Shown in pieces: positions 9,508-20,067 of a DNA stretch of 64,000 nt. The notes below the pieces were generated by a model that had not been told where the DNA came from, did no database searches, and saw nothing but the letters and a program-made list of their open reading frames with translations. Made by a program: the position numbers and the translations under genes. Position 1 is the stretch's first letter; each line of letters begins with the position of its first letter. This stretch comes from an uncultured delta proteobacterium (GTDB taxonomy: Bacteria; Desulfobacterota; Binatia; UBA9968), in the NCBI GenBank assembly GCA_963840855.1, contig CAWJBB010000040.1, forward strand, positions 1-64,000, written 5' to 3'.

Positions 9508-9815
9508 CACCACGAAGGCACGAAGAGCACGAAGGGTTCGGATATTTTTCTTTCTGAAATTCGTGCTCCTCCTGGTTAATTCATTTTCATTATTTCTTTG
9601 CGCCATTTGCGCTCATTGCGGTTAAATCCTCCCCCTCCGACACCCGCTCCGGGCAGCCACATAGGGCTGCCCCTACAATCTTTTCTATGTGCTCTTTGTG
9701 GCTAAACTTCTTCCTTCGTGAACTTCGTGCCTTCGTGGTGAACCCCCCCTCTTCCCTTTGCGTCCTTTGCATCCCGATCGCCCTGAGCCCCGTCGAAGGG
9801 TGCGGCTAAATTCTT
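9508..9815. repeat. intergenic cluster of 9-mer arrays, a GTAG-type REP (9651-9676) and a CTGAG..TCGAAGG unit
   Basis: CACGAAGGC-like 9-mers with inverted CTTCGTG copies; GTAGGGGCAGCCC..GGCTGCCC on minus strand. Confidence 0.65.
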
Positions 9816-9818
9816 CTC

Positions 9819-10445
9819 CTATGCGAGTTCCCTCAGAACCGCGCGGCACGGCGCACCGTCGGAACCAGCGAGCTTCACCGGCGGGCAGATCAGCTCGTAA
9901 CGGCCCGGCGGCACATCGGACAGATCGACACCTTCGAGCAAGATCACGCCGTAATCGAGAAACGCGCGGTGCACCGGCACCTGTTCATCAGCCTTCGCCG
10001 CGGAAAGATAGTCAAGTCCAACTAGCTTGACGCCGGCTTCGACGAGCGCTTTGGCTCCGTCGACGGAAAACGCCGCGAAGGTCGGATCATAGACGCCTTT
10101 CTTGAGCAGGGTTGAATTTCGCGTCTTAAACAAGACGCGCGACTCTCCTTGAACGCCTGCCTTTCCGACATCCGCGGCGGTAATATGCGTGCCCGCGTCC
10201 ACCGCGCACACCCGCGCCGGTCCGATAAAAAGGTCGAGGGGTAGCGACTCGATGGTTTTGCCCTCCGGCACGAAATGAAACGGCGCGTCCACATGGGTGC
10301 CGGCGTGCGCGCTCGCATGGATCGACGAAGAATTATTGGCGTCGCCCCGGCTCGTGCGCTTGCGCTCGATCAGCTCCATCGGCTGCGAAGTCACCCAGCG
10401 AATGCATTGCGGCGAAAGACTGAGAGAAATGTCGTAGATTTTCAC
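9819..10445 (-). CDS. cyclase family protein (kynurenine formamidase-like)
   Basis: HAGTHVDAP.H metal motif, GLDYLS, DGAPCRA. Confidence 0.88.
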   Translation of the reverse strand: MKIYDISLSLSPQCIRWVTSQPMELIERKRTSRGDANNSSSIHASAHAGTHVDAPFHFVPEGKTIESLPLDLFIGPARVCAVDAGTHITAADVGKAGVQGESRVLFKTRNSTLLKKGVYDPTFAAFSVDGAKALVEAGVKLVGLDYLSAAKADEQVPVHRAFLDYGVILLEGVDLSDVPPGRYELICPPVKLAGSDGAPCRAVLRELA

Positions 10446-10506
10446 GGGACACCTCCGAGCCGATACTATTTGAGCCGAAGGCGCCTGACAAGTGACGAAT
10501 CATTGA

Positions 10507-10574
10507 TGTCATTCTGAGCCGGAGGCGAAGAATCTAACACTGGGTAAGATCCTTCACTTCGTTTCAGGATGACG
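10507..10574. repeat. (T/C)GTC-tagged REP doublet
   Basis: TGTCATTCTGAG..GAAGAATCT paired with AGATCCTTC..TCAGGATGAC. Confidence 0.65.
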
Positions 10575-10657
10575 GTCTTGGAACACCCAAGCTAATGTTT
10601 GACAGAACGCTTATAACGACTTATCACACGCATCGAGGACAACGGAATATACGACCG

Positions 10658-11521
10658 TCACTTTCCCAAATGAATCGCCGCGGTGCCGGCTACAACGCTC
10701 AGGATACCGATGACGGTCTTCATCGTGATTTTTTCCACGTCGCGCAAAAATATTTTTGCGCCGATGAGCGCCCACACCGGATAGGTCGCCGCGATGGGCG
10801 CCACCACGACGACCGGCCCGACGCTTAAAGAGGTCATGATTAAAACAATCGACAGAGTTTCAAAAATCCCGGTCCACAGAAATGGCCCGAGCGCTTTACG
10901 GTTCCAATTGAGCCGTTGCCTGTGCGGCGATGCCCATCGATAGACCGCGAAACCGACCAGGGATACCAGTCCCATGAACGCGGAGAAAAATAGCGGCTCG
11001 TCGGAGAGGCTAAAGGCATAGCGCCGCAGTGGATGATTCATGCCCGTCAGGCAGGCGGCGCCGATGGGCAGCAACAAATACCACCAGCGAAAGCTGGACA
11101 CTTCCTGCTCCGCTTTCCAGGAAACCAGCACGACGCCGCCGACCACAAGAAACGTGCCAGCCATGATCAGCGTGGTAATCGGTTCGTCAAGAATCGAAAT
11201 GGCAATCGCTGCGCTGATAAGCGGGCCGATGGACTGAAGCGAGCCGCTGCGCGATGCTCCGATCTTCAGTACGCCGGTGTAGGCGAGCAGCCTGACGCCC
11301 ATTTGAAAGGTGCCGACGATACAAAAAATGCCTACGGCGATCCAGGAAACTCTTGGGATGCCGCCGGTCAGATAAACCGCCGACCAGAGGGTCACGTTCT
11401 GCACCAAGATCGACACGAGGGTGACGGTATCGGGGGTAGAGTACTTGAGCCCAAGCCGGGATGAAACCAACGCTACGGCGTAACAGATGGCCGTGATCGA
11501 AGCTAGGAGTTGAGGAGACAT
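10658..11521 (-). CDS. DMT/EamA family transporter
   Basis: About 10 TM segments in two EamA repeats (L.E.IT; FL...EKIT). Confidence 0.85.
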   Translation of the reverse strand: MSPQLLASITAICYAVALVSSRLGLKYSTPDTVTLVSILVQNVTLWSAVYLTGGIPRVSWIAVGIFCIVGTFQMGVRLLAYTGVLKIGASRSGSLQSIGPLISAAIAISILDEPITTLIMAGTFLVVGGVVLVSWKAEQEVSSFRWWYLLLPIGAACLTGMNHPLRRYAFSLSDEPLFFSAFMGLVSLVGFAVYRWASPHRQRLNWNRKALGPFLWTGIFETLSIVLIMTSLSVGPVVVVAPIAATYPVWALIGAKIFLRDVEKITMKTVIGILSVVAGTAAIHLGK

Positions 11522-11674
11522 GAAGGCGCGACGCGCAGACTTCGTTGTTCGTGTTCGTGCTTCGTGTTCGTCCGATCACGAGCACGATTATGGGCACACC
11601 TGGGGGTAAGCGATGGAGCGCACCCTTCGACAAAGCTCAGGGCAATCGGCCTATGAGGCTTTTTCAGCAGCCTG

Positions 11675-11921
11675 CTAGCCCGGATTATCATGCCTCCAGG
11701 AAAACCTGGGACGGAGTGTAGGCCGAGGAGCAAGCCTCGTTGAGAGCGGACACAGGAGTGCAAAGTTTCGCCGACTCGTGGGGTGCTTGGCAGTGGTTTG
11801 CTTTTTTCCTCGATGGTTGCGGAACTAATTAAGTTAGCCGACCTCCTCAAGGTACGGACCCATTGGCCGCGACCAGAGAGGCTTGCTCCTCGGACGCAAT
11901 CGTACGAATAACCCGGGCTAG
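11675..11921. mobile_element. MITE with nested inverted repeats
   Basis: TIR CTAGCCCGGATTAT / ATAACCCGGGCTAG; perfect 16-bp inner IR CCGAGGAGCAAGCCTC (11723-11738 / 11878-11893). Confidence 0.7.
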
Positions 11922-12484
11922 CTGTTCGCCAGCGCGCGGCGAAATTGTTCCCGATGCTCGATGCTGTAAAGACGCTGAAAATTTTCCGGGTAGGCTTCGC
12001 CAGGCTCGACTTTGAGATCGACGAAAACCGGCCCCTCTTCCTTAAGAATGTTGGGCAGCTCGCGTTCCCATTCAGCCTGGTCCGCGATCTCATAGGTCTT
12101 GCGATAGCCCGCGGTCTTGGCAAATTCAGCAAAATGGATTTGACCGGAGCGCGGCGTCGGCACCGAACCGTTGGTTTCATAGCAGCCGTTCTCGCACAGG
12201 CAATGAATGTAATTCTTCGGCGCCTGATTAGCGATCGTCACAAGACTGCCGAGATTCATGAGCAAACTGCCGTCGCCGTCGAACACGACGACTTTCTTGT
12301 CCGGCCGTCCCAGCGCTAAACCCAGGGCATGGGACGAGCCCTGACCCATGGCGCCGATGAATGTGTAATTCAAATCGTTCGGCGCTATGTGCGTGATCTC
12401 CTGCGCCGCCGTATAAACCGCGACGACGATCTCGTCTTTGCGCTGGCGCGTGAAGGCTTTTAGCATTTCATCTCGTTTCATCAT
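11918..12484 (-). CDS. TPP-dependent decarboxylase beta subunit (ComE/phosphonopyruvate decarboxylase-like)
   Basis: GAMG, DGDGSLLMNLG and N..Y TPP/Mg motif. Confidence 0.85.
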   Translation of the reverse strand: MMKRDEMLKAFTRQRKDEIVVAVYTAAQEITHIAPNDLNYTFIGAMGQGSSHALGLALGRPDKKVVVFDGDGSLLMNLGSLVTIANQAPKNYIHCLCENGCYETNGSVPTPRSGQIHFAEFAKTAGYRKTYEIADQAEWERELPNILKEEGPVFVDLKVEPGEAYPENFQRLYSIEHREQFRRALANS

Positions 12485-12486
12485 GG

Positions 12487-13002
12487 CTAGCGCGGCTCCC
12501 TTCCGATCAAAATCGCTGTGGGTGATGAGTTCGCGAATGCTTTTTCAATAGCCGGCGCGATCCCCTCAGCATCGGCGTCGCGCTCGATCAGATGGTGTTC
12601 GATGCCCATGACATCGAGAATCGGCTCGATGATCTTGACGCCAAATTTCTTGGACTTCGGCGGCGCGACGTCGGGTTCTTTGCCCAACAAACCGACGATC
12701 ATGCAGACGGGGAAATGGCCCTCCACCGCGATGCCGCGAATGGAGTTGATCGAGTCCAATAATCCTGTGTACTGCATCATCAGGACCGACTTGTGGCCCG
12801 CCGCGTAAAGGCCGCTGCAGACCGATACCCCTTCATCCTCCTTGCATACCTGCACGACTTTGAATTCCGGATCGGCAAGCAGCCCTTTGAGTAAATAGTG
12901 GCTCGTCACGCGATCCGGCAAAGCGACGACAAAGTGAATGCCGGCGCGCTTGTATTGGTTTTTGATGGCTTCAGCGGTGAGCGGGTAAACTGCCATACGC
13001 AC
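12487..13002 (-). CDS. TPP-dependent decarboxylase alpha subunit (ComD-like)
   Basis: ALPD, KEDEGV..C.G, MMQ.TG; adjacent to beta subunit. Confidence 0.82.
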   Translation of the reverse strand: MRMAVYPLTAEAIKNQYKRAGIHFVVALPDRVTSHYLLKGLLADPEFKVVQVCKEDEGVSVCSGLYAAGHKSVLMMQYTGLLDSINSIRGIAVEGHFPVCMIVGLLGKEPDVAPPKSKKFGVKIIEPILDVMGIEHHLIERDADAEGIAPAIEKAFANSSPTAILIGREPR

Positions 13003-13019
13003 CTCCGGTGCAAAATCAG

Positions 13020-13162
13020 TTTAAGGTTCAAGTGTTCAAAAGTTCAAGGTCTCCACCACCTATGCACAGCCATTCAAGATTTCGCGTGCAAAGTTCAAAG
13101 TCCCAGCCCCTTTCCGGATCTTGGACCGAAAACCTTGAACGTTGAACCTTGAACGTTGAACA
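13020..13162. repeat. inverted 7-mer arrays (GTTCAA.. / ..TTGAAC)
   Basis: Several GTTCAA(G/A) units followed by CTTGAAC/GTTGAAC units. Confidence 0.65.
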
Positions 13163-13167
13163 GGTCG

Positions 13168-14679
13168 CTACGCGACCTCCTGCACGAAATCGGCGAGCCG
13201 TTCGCCGATCATGATCGACGATAGGTTGGTGTTGGCGCGGCTGACCACCGGCATGATCGCGGCGTCGCCGACCCAAAGGTTTTGCATGCCATGCACGCGC
13301 AGCCGCTGATCGACCACCGCCATCGGGTCCGACGCGGGCCCCATCTTGCAGGTACCGACCCCATGGTGGTAGCTGTCGTAGGTTTTGCGCGCGAACGCTC
13401 CCCAGTCTTCGCCCGGACCCGGCTGAATCAGCGGACCGTAGAACTCCTTGGTTTGCGGCTGGTGCACGAGATCGTCAATAAACCGCATCGCTTCGACCAT
13501 AGCTTTCAAATCCTCGGGATGTTCGAGCATGCAGGAATCGATGCCCACCAGATCGTGCGGGTCGGCGCTCTGGAGGAACACCCGGCCGCGGTTGCGTTGC
13601 TCGAGTAAATGCGCCGATATCGGCAGCATGCGCTTGAGACCCGTCACCACCGTCGGCGGCCGCATATTGATGTGAAAGTTGGCGGCCTCGCTGATGGGGT
13701 TCTTGCGAATGATCAGCCGAAAGCGGGGGATGACCCAATCTTCGTTGAAGTCCCTGGCGCCTTCGTAAGTCATGAACACCACCGGGTGGTCCTGGTAGTT
13801 TTCGCCGATGCCGTTTAATTCGTGCGCGACGGCAATGCCGTGTTTTTTGAGTTCAGCCGACGGCCCGATGCCCGACAGCATGAGGATCTGCGGCGAACCG
13901 TACACGCCGGAAGTGAGAAGAATCTGGCCGCCCAGGGCCGTGTGCAATTGGCCGTCTTTTTCGTAGTTCACGCCTTCCGCTTTCTTACCGGAGAGCATCA
14001 GCGTATGGACCGTCGCCCGATCGACGATCGTCAAGTTCTTGCGGCTTCGCGCCTGATTCAGGTACGCGATCACGGTGGATTGGCGTTTGCCGTCTTTGAT
14101 GTTGTACGGCGACGCGCACACGCCGTAGGGCTCCGGCACATTGAGATCCGGACACTTCGGCAAGCCCATGCCATAAGCCGCATCGAGGAACGCCTTTACC
14201 GGCGGCGACATCTCCATGTCGAGGGTGAAATGGCGCTTGACGTAGAGCGGTCCGTCTTTGCCATGGATCGGATCATCGGGAAAATCCTGATCCGACTCGA
14301 TTTTTTTCATGAACGGCAAACATCGCTCGTAGGTCCAATCGGGATTACCGGCCGCCACCCACTGATCCAGATCATAGCGCTGTGGCCTCAGGACCGACAT
14401 CACGTTGACCGACGAGCCGCCGCCCATGATGCGCCCGGCGAGAGCATAATAGGTGCTGCCGTCGAGGTGGCGCTGGGTCGCGAACATCGAAAGGAAGTCC
14501 GACTCGAGCAATAGCCGCGTTTGCTTCGAGGCATCCGCCACTAACTCGGGCAAGGGCCACGGGTCAGGCCCGGCTTCGAGCAACAACACCTGGCGGTTCG
14601 GATCTTCCGAAAGACGCGCGGCGGCAACGCAACCCGCCGAACCGCCGCCAACAATAATCGCGCCGTACTTGTCTGCCAT
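13168..14679 (-). CDS. GMC family FAD oxidoreductase
   Basis: GGGSAG, LLEAG, GGGSSVN, SGIG, HGVGTCKMG, N-T-N C-terminal motif. Confidence 0.92.
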   Translation of the reverse strand: MADKYGAIIVGGGSAGCVAAARLSEDPNRQVLLLEAGPDPWPLPELVADASKQTRLLLESDFLSMFATQRHLDGSTYYALAGRIMGGGSSVNVMSVLRPQRYDLDQWVAAGNPDWTYERCLPFMKKIESDQDFPDDPIHGKDGPLYVKRHFTLDMEMSPPVKAFLDAAYGMGLPKCPDLNVPEPYGVCASPYNIKDGKRQSTVIAYLNQARSRKNLTIVDRATVHTLMLSGKKAEGVNYEKDGQLHTALGGQILLTSGVYGSPQILMLSGIGPSAELKKHGIAVAHELNGIGENYQDHPVVFMTYEGARDFNEDWVIPRFRLIIRKNPISEAANFHINMRPPTVVTGLKRMLPISAHLLEQRNRGRVFLQSADPHDLVGIDSCMLEHPEDLKAMVEAMRFIDDLVHQPQTKEFYGPLIQPGPGEDWGAFARKTYDSYHHGVGTCKMGPASDPMAVVDQRLRVHGMQNLWVGDAAIMPVVSRANTNLSSIMIGERLADFVQEVA

Positions 14680-14703
14680 CGATATCTCCTCGCATTCCCC
14701 AGA

Positions 14704-15162
14704 TTAAACTGACGCGTGCTCGCCGAGTCCCTTATGCAGGCGCCGCGCGAACTCTTGCAATATCAAGGTTGCCGTCGCTCTGAGCACCATGTCACCCAGA
14801 ATCGCCAGACGGCCTTTGATGTTCACGTCGGCTTTGTAATCCATCTGCGATTTAGTTTCAGAGACCTGACGCAGATCGACAGTCATATCCGCGTTGACCG
14901 TGCTCTTCGTCACCGAATCGGTCCCTACGGTGTGCACGACCATTTGTTCCGGTGGCTTGCTTTCGAGAATCGTCGAACGGAAATTGAACTTCCCCGAGAT
15001 CGGCCCCACCGCCGCGGAAATAATTCCGTCGAAAGTCTTATCGTCGATTTGCTTTACTTCATCGATGCCGGGCAGGCAGGTAGAAAATTTGTTGATATCG
15101 ATCAAGAAGTCCCAGGCTTTCTGCACGGGAACATCGAGATCGATTTTTCCGTCAAGGATCAT
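14704..15162 (-). CDS. CoxG/SRPBCC family protein
   Basis: W..L.D....CLPG, VGPI, GRLA.LG pattern. Confidence 0.85.
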   Translation of the reverse strand: MILDGKIDLDVPVQKAWDFLIDINKFSTCLPGIDEVKQIDDKTFDGIISAAVGPISGKFNFRSTILESKPPEQMVVHTVGTDSVTKSTVNADMTVDLRQVSETKSQMDYKADVNIKGRLAILGDMVLRATATLILQEFARRLHKGLGEHASV

Positions 15163-15434
15163 CGCGCCATCTTTCCAAAAATAATTTCACGCGCGATCTT
15201 ATGTGAGAAAAAACGCGGTGACAAGAGCGCGGCAGTCAAGTGTGTGGCAGCGCCGCTGGTGGTTTCAACGAGAGCAACGACTAGTCCGGTCGCTTCTCGA
15301 AGCGCGCTTGAGTTGTTCTGTGCATGTTTCGAACACCGTCGGATATATTCTTGACTTTCACAAGTCCGGTGATAAAAGCGGTTCGTCTTGCCACTGCCAG
15401 GAATCCAGTCAATAGATCAGGGGAGGAGACCGCC

Positions 15435-16454
15435 ATGGGCACAACGATCTGCCGATTCTTAGCGGCCATTGCCTGGCTTTTCTTTTTCACTGCAGCCGTT
15501 CATGCCGCCACACAGGATTTTTATCAGGGCAAGATGATCCGCATCGTAGTAGGCTTTTCTCCCGGCGGCGCATTCGATGCATACTCGCGTTCCCTGTCAC
15601 GGCACATGCGAAAATACCTGCCGGGAAACCCGGCCATCACCGTTGAGAACATGCCAGGGGCGGGCAGCTTGATTGCTGCCAATTACCTCTATAAGGCGGC
15701 CAACCCTGATGGTCTGACGATTGGCAATTTTATCGGCAGCGTCCTTATGGGACAGATTCTGGGCCAGAAAGGAATCGAATTCGATGCCCGCAGGTTTGAA
15801 TACATGGGAGCGCCGGCGAGGTACAATCCGGTTTGCGTTTTCAGTAAAGCGAGCGGAGTCACAAGCCTGGAAAAATGGATCGCCGCCAAGACGCCGGTGA
15901 AGATGGGCGGCATCGGCCAAGGGACCTCAGGCGATAACACCATCAGGATCCTGCGGGCGACGCTCGGCCTGCCGATTCAACTGGTCTCTGGCTACAAAGG
16001 AATGGCCGAGATTCGGCTGGCAACGGAGGCGGGGGAAGTCGCCGGGACCTGTGTCGGGCCCAGAACAGTTTGGCAGAAGACCTTGGAGGCGGGAGAGGTG
16101 ATCCCGGTGCTGCAGGTGACGCCGAATCCGGCTCCCGATTTCCCGAAGGTCCCCCTTGCCATTGACCTGGCGAAGAACGAAGAGACCCGCAAGTTGATCG
16201 AAGTTGGCGTCCATAACGACAGCGCAATTGCGCTGACTTATGCGCTGGCTCCCGGAACACCCAAAGACCTGGTGGTTATGCTGCGCCGGTCATTTATGGA
16301 CACGATGAAAGACGCGGAGTTTTCCGGGGAAATGAAAAAGGCCAGGCTCGATGTCGAACCGGTGACCGGCGAAGAAGTAGAAAGAATCATCAACGACGCG
16401 TTTAAACTGGACGCATCTCTAGTGGGGAAACTGAAGGATATCTTTTACAAGTAA
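15435..16454 (+). CDS. Bug/TctC-type substrate-binding protein
   Basis: RBS GGAGGAG; FYQGK.I, PGG.FD, NMPGAGS, PDGLT, GY.G. Confidence 0.88.
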   Translation: MGTTICRFLAAIAWLFFFTAAVHAATQDFYQGKMIRIVVGFSPGGAFDAYSRSLSRHMRKYLPGNPAITVENMPGAGSLIAANYLYKAANPDGLTIGNFIGSVLMGQILGQKGIEFDARRFEYMGAPARYNPVCVFSKASGVTSLEKWIAAKTPVKMGGIGQGTSGDNTIRILRATLGLPIQLVSGYKGMAEIRLATEAGEVAGTCVGPRTVWQKTLEAGEVIPVLQVTPNPAPDFPKVPLAIDLAKNEETRKLIEVGVHNDSAIALTYALAPGTPKDLVVMLRRSFMDTMKDAEFSGEMKKARLDVEPVTGEEVERIINDAFKLDASLVGKLKDIFYK

Positions 16455-16531
16455 AACCATTAGGCCTCACCCGCGCAATCCTCTCCGCGCCCTTCGCGGT
16501 GAATCCTCCGAATCTTTTTCTTACATTCGTT

Positions 16532-17587
16532 TCACCGGGCGGGAAGTGGATCTGCACCGGCGAGCTTTTTATACAGCTCAATCACCTCTTGATCCCGTGG
16601 CAATTCTTTGATCGCCCGCTCCAGTTCTTCACCGTCAAGGGGCGCAGGAGGATCGCCCATGAGTTTTTTAAACTCGCCGGGAAATTCCGGATCCGCAAAA
16701 GCCTTGCGCATCGCTCCGCGGATGATCTGCACCGGCTCCTTGGGCGTTCCGGGAGGGAATAGATAGGGCCAACGCGGATACTGGAAGGCGCGGAACATGT
16801 CGAGGAGTTTTCGCTCTTTATCCGATTTTGCGAAGCTCCCGAATTCCGGCACCTGCGCAAACAACGGATGATGGCGGCCCTTGGGAACGGTCAGAGTAGC
16901 ATGGAAGTGAACCATCTTTTTTTCGATCCACTCGGGCTGCTCTATGACGAATCGGGCCGCGCCGGTGGAATGAGCATCGAGCTCGCCGCGCTTTAGAGCA
17001 ATATAAATTTCCGGGCCAGTATAACCGGTCACGAACCTCGGATCTTTCAACCCGAGAAGGTAAGCGACGGTACGGGCGGTAACATAAACCGGATGGCCAA
17101 CCGCATGAGCGCCGAGCCGGAGTCCGCTCTTGGCCCGGACCTTCTCAATTGTATCCAACCCGAGTTCTCCCTTGGTATAGAAGATGTAGGGATCACCGCT
17201 GTCCGTCGACCCGAGGTAAATAAATTTATCCAGATCATAGGAGCTGCCGGGGAGGCCCAAGATGGGTCCGACCACGAGTCCCGCTCCGATGGATCCGATG
17301 GTCAGTCCGTCGGGGCGGGTTGAACTAAAAATGACGTTTGCCGCCTTTCTCCCCGCCGCGCCTTCAACAAACTCAACGATAATACTGGGCTGCCCCGGAA
17401 TATACTTTCCCAAAAACCGCACCAGCGCTCTCGTCTGAAACTCTCCGGAACCACCGGGGCCGCCGCCGCGAATGACTTTGATGGTTTTTCCCTTGTAAAA
17501 CTCCTGGGAGAAAGCCGTTCCCGCGGCGAAAACGCCGGCAAGGACCCCGGCGCACGCGCATAACGCCAACCTCTTAAGAGTCTTCAT
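16532..17587 (-). CDS. Bug/TctC-type substrate-binding protein
   Basis: Signal peptide, FYKGKTI, PDGLT, RGELD, PPGTP. Confidence 0.85.
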   Translation of the reverse strand: MKTLKRLALCACAGVLAGVFAAGTAFSQEFYKGKTIKVIRGGGPGGSGEFQTRALVRFLGKYIPGQPSIIVEFVEGAAGRKAANVIFSSTRPDGLTIGSIGAGLVVGPILGLPGSSYDLDKFIYLGSTDSGDPYIFYTKGELGLDTIEKVRAKSGLRLGAHAVGHPVYVTARTVAYLLGLKDPRFVTGYTGPEIYIALKRGELDAHSTGAARFVIEQPEWIEKKMVHFHATLTVPKGRHHPLFAQVPEFGSFAKSDKERKLLDMFRAFQYPRWPYLFPPGTPKEPVQIIRGAMRKAFADPEFPGEFKKLMGDPPAPLDGEELERAIKELPRDQEVIELYKKLAGADPLPAR

Positions 17588-17705
17588 CCCAACCTCCCGC
17601 AAAGAGTATGCTGATGGCATCGCTCCACGTAAAATCCAACCCGCCGTCTGGTCAAACGGAAGCGGCGCCGGTCGGCGTCGCTTCGCAATTGCGCCAACAG
17701 TGCTA

Positions 17706-18365
17706 CTACTTGGGTTGGGACACGAGCCGGAGATACGGTTTCAGTGTTTTCCAGCCGCTCGGGTATTTCTTTTTTGCTTCTTCATCGGAAACCGAAGTGA
17801 CGATGATGACGTCATCACCCTGCTTCCAATTGACCGGTGTGGCAACCTGATGCTTGGCGGTTAACTGCATCGAGTCCACTACCCGCAGCACCTCGTCAAA
17901 ATTGCGGCCGGTCGACATGGGATAGGTAAGCATCAGCTTGATCTTCTTATCCGGTCCTATGACAAACACCGAGCGGACTGTCGCATTGTCTGCCGCCGTT
18001 CGCCCCTCGGCTGTTCCGCTGGTGCTCGCGTGAATCATATCGTAAAGTTTGGCGACCTTCAGATCAAAGTCACCGATAATTGGATAGTTGACCGCATGGC
18101 CCTGGGTTTCCTCGATATCCTTGGACCATTTCTTGTGATCCGTAACGGCATCGATGCTCAGTCCGATCACCTTGCAGTTTCGCGCCGCGAATTCCGATTT
18201 GAGACCCGCCATGTATCCCAACTCGGTTGTGCAAACCGGGGTGAAATCCTTTGGATGCGAAAACAGAATCGCCCATCCGTTGCCGATCCATTCATGAAAG
18301 TTGATGGTACCTTCCGTCGTCTCCGCGGTAAAATTGGGAGCTTCCTCTCCGATATGAAGTGCCAT
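17706..18365 (-). CDS. 1-Cys peroxiredoxin (Prx6)
   Basis: FSHP.DFTPVCTTE, TGRNFDE, ATPVNW. Confidence 0.95.
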   Translation of the reverse strand: MALHIGEEAPNFTAETTEGTINFHEWIGNGWAILFSHPKDFTPVCTTELGYMAGLKSEFAARNCKVIGLSIDAVTDHKKWSKDIEETQGHAVNYPIIGDFDLKVAKLYDMIHASTSGTAEGRTAADNATVRSVFVIGPDKKIKLMLTYPMSTGRNFDEVLRVVDSMQLTAKHQVATPVNWKQGDDVIIVTSVSDEEAKKKYPSGWKTLKPYLRLVSQPK

Positions 18366-18771
18366 GGTTTACCTCCTTGTAGATTATTTTTTGAAGTCCG
18401 GCGCTTTTCCTTAAGTACAAATGGTAAGAACTTATTTTCGAGGTTCCGCCGCCGAGATCCGTTTATCTTTGGCCGGAAAAAATATTGTGCCGGCGAGCAA
18501 GGTCCCTCATATGGCGAGCTATCAATAACGGGACTCTATGTCAAACACGGGGCATCTCAGTCTGCTTCTCCTGTCATCTTTCGACGCGCGCCGGGGCCGG
18601 CCGCCGCATTGGCCCCGTCCTTGGTCGTCATTTGTTGGCTGCTGCTCATCTGCGCAGCGAGCAGTTCTCTGCAAACGTCCCCTTGACACCAGCCCGGCGA
18701 TCATAGCAAAAGGACAAAGCGCAAGCTCTAAAAGCAATTATCCGGCGGTGCACCAAAACTACGTTCAGCGC

Positions 18772-18947
18772 AGCGCGGCGAAGCCGCAACCAAAACTAGG
18801 AATATCTCGCGCAAAGACGCCAAGGCCGCAAAGGTCGGAGAAAAATGGTGAAGATCGTTCGTAAGATTATCAATCTTTCCCTTCCGAACTTGGCGTGCTT
18901 TGCGCCTTGGCGCGAGTCAATCCCCGCATTCGAGTATTTCAGGTTAC
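18772..18947. repeat. uninterrupted copy of the ~175-bp dispersed repeat
   Basis: Matches the flanks of the nested element at 4461-6128; partial relative at 93-125. Confidence 0.85.
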
Positions 18948-19002
18948 TGGAAAATTTGCGCGAGCCGCGAAAACTCTTAAACATAGTAGTACAGGAGGTG
19001 TT

Positions 19003-20067
19003 ATGAAAAGGCGGGGTCTTTCAGTTGGATGTTTTCTCATGTTTCTCGCCGCTCTCGGCGTGGCTTCAGTTTCGCCGGGCCACGCGCAAAGCGAGTCCTT
19101 CTATAAGGGAAAGACCCTCAAAGTCCTGGTGGGAACCACCGCGGGCTCTCTCTATGATATCTGGGCGCGCACCGTTGCCGCCCATTTGCCGAGGCACATC
19201 CCTGGAAATCCGGATTCGCTCGCGCAGAACATGCCTGGGGCCGGCCACAAGATTGCCACCAATTACATGTATAATGTGGCCAAGCCCGACGGCCTGACTA
19301 TCATCGGATCAATCTTACCAGGCATGTACCTGGACCAACTCGTGGGGCGGCCGGAGGTCAAATATGACTGGGCAAAGTTTGTCTGGATCGGTTCACCGGT
19401 CAAGAGTGATTCCCAGATGACCATGCGCGCCGATGCGCCCTACAAATCCATCGACGACATGCGCAAAGCCAAAGATCCGCCGCGCTGCGGCACCACCGGC
19501 ACTTCGGGCACAGACTATATGCTGGCGCGGCTTCTCGAAGAAATTATGCCGCCCCTCAAGATCCATTCCGTGCTGGGTTATCCGGGCGGGCCGGAGCTCG
19601 ATCTCGCCATTGAGCGAGGCGAGATACAGTGCCGGACCTTTACGATTGAAACGTTTTTCGCGCGCGAGCCTTATATTACGTGGAAAAAGAAAGGCTTCGT
19701 CCGCAACGTCTATCAAACCGGGCGGAAACGCGATCCGCGCTTGGCCGATGTGCCCACGCTGCATGAGGTCATGGACGGTTACAAGATACCCGAGGCTGAC
19801 CGGCGCCTGGCGACCGTGATCCTCGCCAACGGCACTCTGGGCAGGCCGATATTCACTTCCCCCGGGACACCGCCGGATCGGGTCAAGATGCTGCGCGAAG
19901 CCTTTGAGAAGATGGTCAAGGACCCGGCTTTTCTGGAAGATGTCAAGAAGAAAAACTTCGAGCTCGAACCGATCAGCGGCGAAGAGCTGGAAGTCATCGT
20001 CAAAGAGGTCATGACACAGCCGCCGGAGACCATCGCGCGGTTGAAAAAAGTCTTGGCGCAACAGTGA
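19003..20067 (+). CDS. Bug/TctC-type substrate-binding protein
   Basis: RBS AGGAGG; FYKGKT, NMPGAG, KPDGLT, ERGE. Confidence 0.88.
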   Translation: MKRRGLSVGCFLMFLAALGVASVSPGHAQSESFYKGKTLKVLVGTTAGSLYDIWARTVAAHLPRHIPGNPDSLAQNMPGAGHKIATNYMYNVAKPDGLTIIGSILPGMYLDQLVGRPEVKYDWAKFVWIGSPVKSDSQMTMRADAPYKSIDDMRKAKDPPRCGTTGTSGTDYMLARLLEEIMPPLKIHSVLGYPGGPELDLAIERGEIQCRTFTIETFFAREPYITWKKKGFVRNVYQTGRKRDPRLADVPTLHEVMDGYKIPEADRRLATVILANGTLGRPIFTSPGTPPDRVKMLREAFEKMVKDPAFLEDVKKKNFELEPISGEELEVIVKEVMTQPPETIARLKKVLAQQ

